From positions 1,710,001 through 1,742,000 of the forward strand of contig NC_013202.1 in assembly GCF_000023965.1 (NCBI RefSeq): DNA of 32,000 nt, given 5' to 3'. Below the pieces are notes generated by a model that was given only the letters and a program-made list of their open reading frames with translations, searched no databases and was not told the origin of the DNA. The stretch's first letter is position 1. Each line of letters begins with the position of its first letter. Made by a program: the position numbers and the translations under genes. Origin of the DNA: Halomicrobium mukohataei DSM 12286. Lineage in GTDB: Archaea > Halobacteriota > Halobacteria > Halobacteriales > Haloarculaceae. Positions 9,417-16,687 of this stretch are shown one piece after another.

Positions 9417-9756
9417 CGATCACACCGCCATCGTGCGATCGGGCGTCGGTTTTCGATGGCCACTGCCGTCGGTTTCCGACGCGTCCCGCAGGTGACCGTC
9501 GTCCCACGGCGGCCGAAAAGTGGGGTCTGGTGGCCCCGACTGGGATGGCGTGACGTGACGGGATACCCCGGGCTCGTGGGGTGGCGTGTCGACGACCGCG
9601 GATCGGGCACGGTCCGCGGCGTGGGGAACACACGCCACCTAGGGATCTGCCGGGACGGCCTAAAAGCGTCGCTAAGAGGTGTCCGGACCGCTACCGAGAG
9701 CTATAGTAGCCATTGAAAATCAATGTACACCCGATCGCACGACGGCAGTGCGATCG
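9417..9756. repeat. 340-bp non-coding element bounded by 27-nt inverted repeats that are themselves hairpins
   Basis: 9417-9443 is CGATCACACCGCCATCGTGCGATCGGG. Its reverse complement matches 9730-9756 (CCCGATCGCACGACGGCAGTGCGATCG) at 24/27 positions. Internally, a perfect 10-bp stem (9580-9589 with 9630-9639) encloses a 7-bp stem (9596-9602 with 9613-9619). Confidence 0.5.
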
Positions 9757-9812
9757 CTGTGTAAATCGTTTCAATTATTACTATATTGAGACGATCGAAA
9801 CGGTTGTACGGA

Positions 9813-10184
9813 TTACTCGATCAGGACCGCGTTGACCTGACCGTCCTGACCGGGGCGGGAGGTGACGCGGGCCCGGCCCTCGCTGGTCTCGACGATCGCA
9901 CCCTTGGTGACGATGTTTCGGCGAGCGTAGTTCGGGTCGGAGGCGTTCTCGACGACGTCCTCGATGGTGGCCTCGACGACCTCGCCGCCGTCTGCGACGC
10001 TGGCGACGTTGGTGGTGACGGCGCGGAACTTCTCGGTGTTCCCGCGGGCGTCGACGGTCTTGAGCTTCTGGTCGCCGACGGTCGTCTCGGTGGACTCGTT
10101 GCCCAGTTCGTACTTTCGCTTGTTGCGCGACGGGCGAACGCGACCGCCGGTCCGCTTGCGTGTGGAGCGTCCCTGATCTTTCAT
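9813..10184 (-). CDS. rps8e: 30S ribosomal protein S8e
   Basis: 123 aa. The basic N-terminus (GRSTRKRTGGR...RNKRKYELG) and the C-terminal TSRPGQDGQVNAVL are typical of archaeal S8e. Confidence 0.92.
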   Translation of the reverse strand: MKDQGRSTRKRTGGRVRPSRNKRKYELGNESTETTVGDQKLKTVDARGNTEKFRAVTTNVASVADGGEVVEATIEDVVENASDPNYARRNIVTKGAIVETSEGRARVTSRPGQDGQVNAVLIE

Positions 10185-10278
10185 ACGGTAGCGATAGCCC
10201 AGCGGCTACTTGAAGCGTTCGATGACGAGCCGCCAGCGACCGACACCCTGATACGCCGCCCAGCCACACGTCTCGGCG

Positions 10279-10719
10279 ATGAGTCTCCGCCGCGCCGTCG
10301 CCGCACCGTTCGCCAGAGACGGGAGCGACCGACTCGGAGAGAGCGAGTTCGTCGTCGCGCTGTCGCTGGATCGCGACTGGTTCTCGCCGGATCAGGCCAA
10401 GCGTCTCGTCGACGTGGCCGCCAGCGAGGGGCTCGTCGAGCGCGACGGTGACGACCTCGTCGTCGCCTTCGATCCCTCCGAGGTCTCGCTGCCGGACGGC
10501 TTCGCCCCCGACGAGTCGATCCTCCGCGAGCGGTCGACGTTCGAGCGCGTCCTCGCCGCCGTCGTCCAGCACGGCGAGGACAAACAGTCGGCGGTCGCGG
10601 CGATCAACCGACTCCAGGACGAGCTGGGCGTCACCCTGGAGGCTGCCGCCGTCGTCTACGCCCGTCGACGGGGGATCGACGTGGCCGAATTCGCCGAGCG
10701 CGCACGAGGTGATCTGTGA
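10279..10719 (+). CDS. DUF2240-family protein
   Basis: 146 aa. The stretches EFVVALSLDRDWFSPDQAKRLVDVA and AINRLQDELGVTLEAAAVVYARRRG match my memory of the haloarchaeal DUF2240 family. It is divergent from rps8e. Confidence 0.7.
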   Translation: MSLRRAVAAPFARDGSDRLGESEFVVALSLDRDWFSPDQAKRLVDVAASEGLVERDGDDLVVAFDPSEVSLPDGFAPDESILRERSTFERVLAAVVQHGEDKQSAVAAINRLQDELGVTLEAAAVVYARRRGIDVAEFAERARGDL

Positions 10720-11078
10720 TGGTCGAGGATCGAATCACCGACGGCAAACGCGTCGCACAGCTGCTCGCGTCGGAGCTGACGGGACTGGAAACGCCGCCGC
10801 TGGACCGGATCGACGTCGTCGATGCCACGCCGGAGGTCGAACCGACGGCGGACGGAACTGCGGCCTACGGCGTCGCGATCGACGGCGACCGGATCGGGAC
10901 CGTGACGGTCTTTCCCGACGGTGCGACTCTGTCCGTCGACGGCTCGCTGCCCGAGGCGTTCGAGTCGGCAGACGGGATCGATGTCGAGCGCGGAGACGAG
11001 GGCGTCGTGGTCCGGATCGAGCACGGTGGTGCGGTCAAAGGTGCCGTCGACGCACTCGTCGCGATCACTGCCGCGTAG
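10719..11078 (+). CDS. Conserved-looking acidic hypothetical protein
   Basis: 119 aa with acidic, halophile-like composition. Its ATG overlaps the upstream stop (TGATG), suggesting translational coupling. I recognise no family. Confidence 0.55.
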   Translation: MVEDRITDGKRVAQLLASELTGLETPPLDRIDVVDATPEVEPTADGTAAYGVAIDGDRIGTVTVFPDGATLSVDGSLPEAFESADGIDVERGDEGVVVRIEHGGAVKGAVDALVAITAA

Positions 11079-11086
11079 GCCCGGAG

Positions 11087-11569
11087 CTACCGCGAGACCG
11101 GCGATTCGACGAGCTTCCTGGAGGTCCAGGCGATGAACCCGGTGAGGATGAGCACGGAGCCAAGCACCGCGAGCGCCGCGGCCGCGAGCCAGACGGCCGT
11201 GGCAAAGCCCAGTATCGGCCCCAGCAGAGCCACGGTGATCGGCGAGAAGACCACCAGCAGCGATCCGATGCCGACGATGCGGCGCTGTTCACGCGTGAGA
11301 TCGACACCGAGGGTGAAAATCTCCCAGCCGTCGTCCGGCTCCGGGGCCGCCAGTCCGACTGAGAACAGCGGGATCCCGACGAACACGAGCACGCCGGAGA
11401 CGACGGAGGTCCAGAAGGTGTTTGCCAGCGGGAGTCCGAGCAGGGCCCCGATCAACACGAGTGCGAAGCCGCCGACGAGGCCGATCGGGCGGAGACGGGT
11501 ATCATCGAGCACGGCGTCGAGGTCCGGAAGCTCCCGGGCGACGTGCTCGATGTCGAGCGAACGGTCCAT
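11087..11569 (-). CDS. Small integral membrane protein (about 4 TM segments)
   Basis: I take the start at the internal ATG 11569 (MDRSLDIEHV...). A TATAAA box on the minus strand lies 25-30 nt upstream, which fits a leaderless transcript. Four hydrophobic stretches follow. Confidence 0.6.
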   Translation of the reverse strand: MDRSLDIEHVARELPDLDAVLDDTRLRPIGLVGGFALVLIGALLGLPLANTFWTSVVSGVLVFVGIPLFSVGLAAPEPDDGWEIFTLGVDLTREQRRIVGIGSLLVVFSPITVALLGPILGFATAVWLAAAALAVLGSVLILTGFIAWTSRKLVESPVSR

Positions 11570-11593
11570 AGGCGGGCCGACGGAAGCCAGCGA

Positions 11594-11599
11594 TTTATA
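11594..11599 (-). promoter_or_regulatory. TATA box for the 11569 membrane-protein gene
   Basis: Plus-strand TTTATA reads TATAAA on the minus strand and lies about 25-30 nt upstream of the ATG at 11569. Confidence 0.4.
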
Positions 11600-11729
11600 G
11601 ACCCCGGTCCCCGTATCAAAAATCATAACACGCCACCCCGTCGGCGATCGACCGATGAAAACCGGGCCGACGATCGGGGGTCCGGCACGGAAGGAAACGC
11701 TTGTGTCGGTCGCCGACGCCAGATCGGCC

Positions 11730-12551
11730 ATGGGATTTTTCGATCGACTCGGCCAGCGAATCGCGGTCGCAGACAGCGTCGTCTCGGTGGGTCTCGACCC
11801 GGACCCCGACCGACTGCCGGACTGTGTCGCCGACGCGGAGCTGCCCCGCTGGGCGTTCAACCGCCGCGTCATCGACGCGACCCACGAACACGCGGCCTGC
11901 TACAAGCCCAACGCCGCCTTCTACGAGGACGCGGACGGCTGGCGCGCGCTCGAAGAGACGATCGCCTACGCCCACGGCAAGGACGTGCCGGTGTTGCTGG
12001 ACGCCAAACGGGGCGACATCGGGAACACCGCTCGCCAGTACGCCACGGCACTCGAGCTGGCCGACGCGATCACTGTCAACCCCTACATGGGCGGTGACTC
12101 GCTGGCTCCGTTCCTCCAGCGCGAGGACGGCGGCGTCTTCGTCCTCTGTCGAACGTCGAACTCCGGCGGGGCGGACCTACAGGACCTCGAGCTGGCGTCG
12201 GGCGGGCCGCTGTACGAGCGGGTGGCGACGCTGGCCGAGGCCTGGAACGAGCGGGGCAACGTCGGCCTCGTCGTCGGCGCGACCAACCCCGACGAACTCG
12301 CGGCGATTCGCGAAGTGGTCCCCGACCTTCCCTTCCTCGTCCCCGGTGTCGGCGCGCAGGGCGGCGACGCCGAGGCGGCCGTCGAGCACGGCCTGGCCGA
12401 CGGCGTCGGCCTCGTCAACTCCTCTCGCGGAATCATCTTCGCCGGCGAAGACGCGGGCCGCGGTGCGGGCACCGACGAAGACGCGTACTTCGGCGCTGCC
12501 GAGCAGGCGGCCCGCCGGCTCAAAGAGCGACTGAACGAACACCGGGACTGA
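11730..12551 (+). CDS. pyrF: Orotidine 5'-phosphate decarboxylase
   Basis: The sequence is MGFFDRL...SVGLDPD...LLDAKRGDIGNT...NPYMGGDS...PGVGAQGG, which fits type-2 PyrF. I chose the ATG at 11730; an in-frame GTG at 11703 is an alternative. Confidence 0.9.
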   Translation: MGFFDRLGQRIAVADSVVSVGLDPDPDRLPDCVADAELPRWAFNRRVIDATHEHAACYKPNAAFYEDADGWRALEETIAYAHGKDVPVLLDAKRGDIGNTARQYATALELADAITVNPYMGGDSLAPFLQREDGGVFVLCRTSNSGGADLQDLELASGGPLYERVATLAEAWNERGNVGLVVGATNPDELAAIREVVPDLPFLVPGVGAQGGDAEAAVEHGLADGVGLVNSSRGIIFAGEDAGRGAGTDEDAYFGAAEQAARRLKERLNEHRD

Positions 12552-13191
12552 TACGGAGGGCTGTCGGAACGTCCGGTCTACGGCTTTCCGCACGATTCAG
12601 GTATATAAATACTTCGGCCATCATTCCGGGTCTGAAGTCGTGGGCCGGTTTATACGATGACGTGGCGCTTTGCTTCGAGTGCCGCACGACGACAGACTCG
12701 CTCCCGACCGATCCCACGCTCGCCCGTCCCAACCGACGAGGTCCCCGCTGACATCCCCATCCCTCCAAACCCACCCACCGTACCGCGCTCGTCGGTCGCC
12801 GCCGTCGGTCGCTCCCGCCCGTCACCCGCAGCCGTCCAATCGGCCGGGCTCCTCGTCACCGACCGCCAGCCCACAGCCGCCTTCCGTCCGGACCCACCAC
12901 CCTCGCCGCTCCCCCTCCACCACGGTTCCGCCGGCACCGACCGCCCCGCTGTCGTCCCGTGTGGCCCTCCAACCACTCACGGATCCGCAACGACGACGTT
13001 CCGTCACATACGGATATTGTCGCTGCTTGCCCGGTCGACCGCACGGCGTCCGGCCGAACGCTGTGAGGACGGAGCGAATCTCCCGGTGGCGTGCAGTCGA
13101 AGAACTTCGAATACGCTCCTCAACTCAATGTACTGCTCTTGATCGGATCCTCGCGGGTCACCAACAAAAAGAACAAATAAGCGAAAAGAAC

Positions 13192-14220
13192 CTATAGTTC
13201 TCCGTTGGGAACGGCATACCAGTACTGCGTATTGGATGCGTCGGGTCCGAAGTTGAAGCCGGCCTCGTAGTGGTCGGCCGTAATTCTTTGTCTGTAGTCG
13301 GTGTCATCACCTAGGTCGCAAAGAGAGAGGTAGTCCTTTTGCCAGGTGATATCATGAGAGGATGAGTTATAACTCCAATTGAGTTCCGTGGCCTCTGTGC
13401 TTCCACTTGAGGAGAAATACAGGTCGGGTTGTGAGTACGACGCCGATAGAGACCCGCTTCCGCTTGTATCAGTACCTACTGATACACTGATGCCGCCAGA
13501 TACTGACCATGTCCCATCTTCTGTTCCAGTTGGCGCTCGGTTGACAATCGTAGGGTCAGAGGCGTGGGATTTACCCCACTGGTGACTAGCCATACTGTAG
13601 TCGGTCGTCCCGGCGGAGTCGCAGGTCGTATTCCTACCGGGAATTACCTGCGTAGTAGTGCCTAGCCCCCAAAGGGTGTCGTTTGTCGAGTGTGTGTACA
13701 CAGAAGAAGTCATGACAACTTTGCCTCCTTCACAGTCCCCAAATTCTGTCGTTGAAGATCCCCACTCGCTGAAATCGCCCTGATCGGTTACGTCTTCGGC
13801 ACTGATGCCGCCATTGCTGGAGCCGGTGGTGATCCTACTCGGGGATTGGATGTGCCCCCCGTTCTGTACGAAGTTTTGTGCAGAGGAGTGCCGTTGGGCA
13901 CTTTCTGAGTCGACAGTCTTCGACTGACTCTCGATTGTCGTAGTAGTTGTTGAGCTTCTTGAGCGAGAGCGAGTGGAGGAGACAGTGCCGCGATACCGTT
14001 TGGCGACCCCGCTTTGGTCGACAGTAATCGCGTACGAGACGAGAGTCTGATTCTCCGACTCGGTTGGTTGAAGCGTGAGAGATGTTTTAGAGCCGAACTT
14101 TTCATTGTAGTCTTGCTCCACTTCTCGGTGCAACTCCTGAATGTCCCCTTGGGTGATAGGGTTGTCCCGACTTCGTTTGATAAGGCCACTTACCTCGTCG
14201 GTTGAGGAAGCAGTAGCCAA
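13192..14220 (-). CDS. Ser/Thr/Gly-rich protein of unknown function, probably secreted (start codon unresolved)
   Basis: The 342-aa ORF starts at a TTG, has lower GC and is not acidic. In frame upstream, with no stop until 14311-14313, lies KPRHRTFLRTTAAAAGGFVATTGLA, which resembles a Tat signal but has no ATG/GTG/TTG. I recognise no family. Confidence 0.55.
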   Translation of the reverse strand: MATASSTDEVSGLIKRSRDNPITQGDIQELHREVEQDYNEKFGSKTSLTLQPTESENQTLVSYAITVDQSGVAKRYRGTVSSTRSRSRSSTTTTTIESQSKTVDSESAQRHSSAQNFVQNGGHIQSPSRITTGSSNGGISAEDVTDQGDFSEWGSSTTEFGDCEGGKVVMTSSVYTHSTNDTLWGLGTTTQVIPGRNTTCDSAGTTDYSMASHQWGKSHASDPTIVNRAPTGTEDGTWSVSGGISVSVGTDTSGSGSLSASYSQPDLYFSSSGSTEATELNWSYNSSSHDITWQKDYLSLCDLGDDTDYRQRITADHYEAGFNFGPDASNTQYWYAVPNGEL

Positions 14221-14334
14221 GCCGGTTGTTGCTACAAAGCCACCTGCGGCGGCCGCGGTGGTTCTGAGGAATGTTCGATGCCGGGGTTTCCAATTAGAGT
14301 CGTCTATAACTCATTAATAACAACCATTTAGACA

Positions 14335-14340
14335 TATAAA
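14335..14340 (-). promoter_or_regulatory. TATA box upstream of the 13192-14220 gene
   Basis: The minus strand reads TTTATA and sits 26 nt upstream of an ATG at 14314. That ATG opens only a 6-codon frame (MSYRRL*) offset by one nucleotide from the long ORF. Confidence 0.4.
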
Positions 14341-14467
14341 TAAGTAATTATTGCCGGACAAGTGTAGATATCTAAAAGGCCAAAATAAGTTGTCAGATAT
14401 AAACTGGTAGAAGAAGGATAATATACAAAATCTTGGCTATAAAATTCTGAATTCCCGTTCGTCCCTG

Positions 14468-15676
14468 CTACGCGGAGAATCCGTACACTCTCGGTGGTGC
14501 ACTCACGACTGCCACACCATCGACAATGGCCGGTGGGCTTGCGACACGCCACCGAAATCTTTGCGACGACTTTACTCTACCATTCGCAGCCTTCACTGTC
14601 ACAAGCTGTCCATCTGAACTGGGTATCAAAACACTGCCGCCTGCAAGGGTAGCCGAGCGGTCCATATTTCCCGCAGAAATTCCTGGAATATCTGCTTCAG
14701 CAGGTATCTTGAGCTTGTATGCTGTATTCCCTGTCTCGATCGAGTACACCTGAAGATACCCATCAGAATCAGAAACGAATAATCGGCTGTCAGACTTCGT
14801 GGGGGAGAACGCATGCACTCCTTGAATTTCCGCCTGCCAGGCCACCTGTCCAGATGACAAATTAAGAACGATGACTGACCCGCCACCATTACCAGAGACA
14901 ACAAACCTGTTGGTGATAAGCGGGACATCACCCGGATGTGATCCGTTGACGCCATGGTAGGTCCATACAAGCTCATCTTGAGCCTTCGAGAACGCCTGAA
15001 TCGCACTTGTGGTACGCACGACGATCAAGTTACGGTTGGATGCCAGGTTGCGAGGGATCCCCGCAGTTTTGAAGACGCGTGTCCCTGAGTTTTCAGTGAG
15101 CCGTGCGAGCGCCCCTTCTCCGTCTTGATTGATGCCAACAAACAGGTCGTCTGCAACTTCAAGAATCGCAGTTACAGGGGTACTGTGATCCGGGATGGTA
15201 TACTTTTGATTTTCCTCCCCTGTGTGGAGATCGTAGGCCGCAACACTATCATCAAGTGTTACGTATACAGTCGCTTCGCCCGTTGTAGGCGGGGTTTGAA
15301 TCCGCGTGCTTTCTGGAACATTGGTTTTCCAGAGTTGTTCCCCCGTCTTTGGGTCCAAACCATAGAGTGTCCGGGCTTGGGTCTGAATGAGGATGCCTTT
15401 TCGTAGCAGTGGTTGAGATGGAGGTTGTGTTACTGATCCGCTTACTGCTGTGGCCCAGCTCAGTTGCAAATCCGGTGATTCAGGAGTGTTAGCAGTTCGA
15501 GCGTTGGTCCGGTGTGTCGTCGGCCATGTTCCGGATATCGAACCGATCGGCGTCGCTTCACCAATCGTCTTACTACTGGAGTTCGCGGGCTTTGATCGAG
15601 ACTCGCTTCTAAGTTGCGGTGTCGTACAACCGGCTAAACTGGCGATAGATGCCGAGATAAATGTCCTTCTTTTCAT
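14468..15676 (-). CDS. PQQ-like (BamB-type) beta-propeller repeat lipoprotein, Tat-exported
   Basis: 402 aa. MKRRTFISASIASLAGC carries a twin-arginine motif and a lipobox. Repeated propeller-blade patterns follow (LYGLDPKTGEQLW, VAAYDLHTGEE, SVIVLNLSSGQVAWQ, PPAIVDGVAVV). GC is lower than in the flanking regions. Confidence 0.8.
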   Translation of the reverse strand: MKRRTFISASIASLAGCTTPQLRSESRSKPANSSSKTIGEATPIGSISGTWPTTHRTNARTANTPESPDLQLSWATAVSGSVTQPPSQPLLRKGILIQTQARTLYGLDPKTGEQLWKTNVPESTRIQTPPTTGEATVYVTLDDSVAAYDLHTGEENQKYTIPDHSTPVTAILEVADDLFVGINQDGEGALARLTENSGTRVFKTAGIPRNLASNRNLIVVRTTSAIQAFSKAQDELVWTYHGVNGSHPGDVPLITNRFVVSGNGGGSVIVLNLSSGQVAWQAEIQGVHAFSPTKSDSRLFVSDSDGYLQVYSIETGNTAYKLKIPAEADIPGISAGNMDRSATLAGGSVLIPSSDGQLVTVKAANGRVKSSQRFRWRVASPPAIVDGVAVVSAPPRVYGFSA

Positions 15677-15915
15677 GTGATTAGTCTTTCTGACCGAAAT
15701 GTATCACTGTTTCTATCCCACAGAGGAAGCGTTCGGATAAGCTGATTCCATGTGAAGGGATCACCAATGCCGGTGCCGTTCGATAAGTCGACCTTGATAC
15801 AGGGTACTACCAAGTGATGGGCCGCGCTCTCCCGACTGAACCAGTAGTAATCCAAAGAGCATCCGTCTTTAGCTAAGAGATGCCTTGTTGAATCTACAGA
15901 CAGTGTAGCGATCAC
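15673..15915 (-). CDS. Possible 80-codon ORF coupled to the propeller gene (weak)
   Basis: The ORF runs from a GTG at 15915 to a stop that overlaps the propeller ATG as ATGA. There is no family match, and it may be the remnant of a degraded gene. Confidence 0.2.
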   Translation of the reverse strand: MIATLSVDSTRHLLAKDGCSLDYYWFSRESAAHHLVVPCIKVDLSNGTGIGDPFTWNQLIRTLPLWDRNSDTFRSERLIT

Positions 15916-15972
15916 TCTTTGAGTGCTTGTTCGAGATTGTCGACGGCGACGATCGGCACCGGGTCTCGAATC

Positions 15973-16069
15973 GATTCGGCCGCTCCAGTGTCCGTCTGAA
16001 ACCGTCGGCCTCTGTCCGGAGGGTCTCCGCGTAGCCGGCGCGTCAGCCGCCCAAGGGTCCGTCTGAAAC
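15973..16069 (-). CRISPR. Fossil CRISPR mini-array: two decayed 30-nt type I-B-like repeats with one 37-nt spacer
   Basis: On the minus strand, 16069-16040 reads GTTTCAGACGGACCCTTGGGCGGCTGACGC and 16002-15973 reads GTTTCAGACGGACACTGGAGCGGCCGAATC. They match each other at 24/30. They match the Haloferax-type repeat GTTTCAGACGAACCCTTGTGGGATTGAAGC (recalled from memory) at 23/30 and 20/30. Start-to-start spacing is 67 nt. No cas genes are in the window. Confidence 0.45.
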
Positions 16070-16423
16070 ATGGCCGATTTGGAGGCCATAGCGGCTATCC
16101 TGCCGGAACTCACTTCACCATTTCCGTCGACCCGCAATAACCCCTGAACCCCTGGGGGGTCGATGGAACGAGGCCGGCGACGTGGCCGAATCGCTTGCGA
16201 CGGCGTCGGCGAGCGGCCCGTCGACGCGAGAATCCATCTTCCAGTCACGCTCTCCGTGGGTACGTTCGCACCACTTATCGAGCCTCAGAAACCACGTCTT
16301 GACCGGATCGACTACCCTGTGAGTGACGTAGAGACTCTGCAATACGGTGGAACAGTGCGTGACCTCCGGAAAGTGCAAACCCATATCGAATTGTTCGGTA
16401 GCAACAATCTACAATGATCCGTC

Positions 16424-16627
16424 TCAGAACTCGTAGGTGTCGACGCCGTCGGGCAGGTCGTCCGATGTCGGCTGTCGATCTGGCCGACTCCCGGCGTCGC
16501 CCAGACAGGCGGTACAGATGCCGTCGCTCTCGGCGTAGTGGTTCTCACAGACCTGTCTCCCACACAGGTCACAGGCGTCCTCGCTGGTCGCGCTCTCACA
16601 GATCTCACAGAGTCCGGTGACGCTCAT
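16424..16627 (-). CDS. Small zinc-finger (multi-CxxC) protein
   Basis: 67 aa from the internal ATG 16627: MSVTGLCEICES...CDLCGRQVCENH...GICTACLGD, followed by an acidic tail. The long upstream part of the 250-aa ORF is Arg-rich and looks non-coding. Confidence 0.65.
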   Translation of the reverse strand: MSVTGLCEICESATSEDACDLCGRQVCENHYAESDGICTACLGDAGSRPDRQPTSDDLPDGVDTYEF

Positions 16628-16687
16628 GCTACACGATAACACACCGAGCGGCGAGAGGCTTACGGTCGTGGGTCCCGAACCCCGACT

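Noticed and set aside
8603-9631. These are the full-length versions of ORFs whose 5' parts extend far upstream. Examples are the 342-aa phosphoesterase, the 261-aa membrane protein at 11087-11872, the 237-aa TetR, the 212-aa ArsR, the 632-aa GTPase and the 250-aa ORF at 16424-17176.
   Set aside because: The upstream extensions are Arg/Pro-rich, overlap neighbouring promoters or genes, and precede internal ATGs that have TATA boxes at leaderless distance or begin the conserved domain. The shorter starts were used.
9305-9812. I asked whether the 0.5-kb gap holds a known structured RNA (RNase P RNA, SRP/7S RNA or a tRNA).
   Set aside because: I looked on both strands for the hallmark strings: GGAAAGTCC-like CR-I for RNase P, the CCGGAAGG helix-8 loop for SRP RNA, and GGTTCGAATCC-type T-arms. 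None was found. Only a covariance-model search could fully exclude these families.
12673-12682. Isolated ORB-like strings occur: CTTCGAGTGC at 12673-12682 and TTTGAGTGCTT at 15918-15928.
   Set aside because: They are single, imperfect copies. They lack the upstream GAGAG block, the downstream G-string and a nearby orc1 gene. This is compatible with chance.
12657-13197. ORFs of 161 and 175 aa lie in the C-rich spacer downstream of pyrF.
   Set aside because: Their composition is Pro/Arg/Ser/Thr-rich and non-halophilic. Several frames are open at once, and there are no recognisable motifs. I treated the stretch as non-coding DNA with strand skew.
15844-16133. Possible further decayed CRISPR repeat copies sit roughly in phase. 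One is at 15844-15873 (14/30 to the 16069 copy). One is at 15906-15935. One is at 16104-16133, where only GGGTCGACGGA resembles the repeat start.
   Set aside because: Identity is at or near what biased composition could give. I report only the two copies sharing GTTTCAGACGGAC as CRISPR-like.
16115-16417. ORFs of 89 aa (minus strand) and 84 aa (plus strand), and the 191-aa ORF at 15673-16248, lie at the right end of the island.
   Set aside because: They overlap one another, have no family resemblance I can name, and the longest reads through the CRISPR-like repeats in two frames. They are probably debris of degraded genes or a former array leader.
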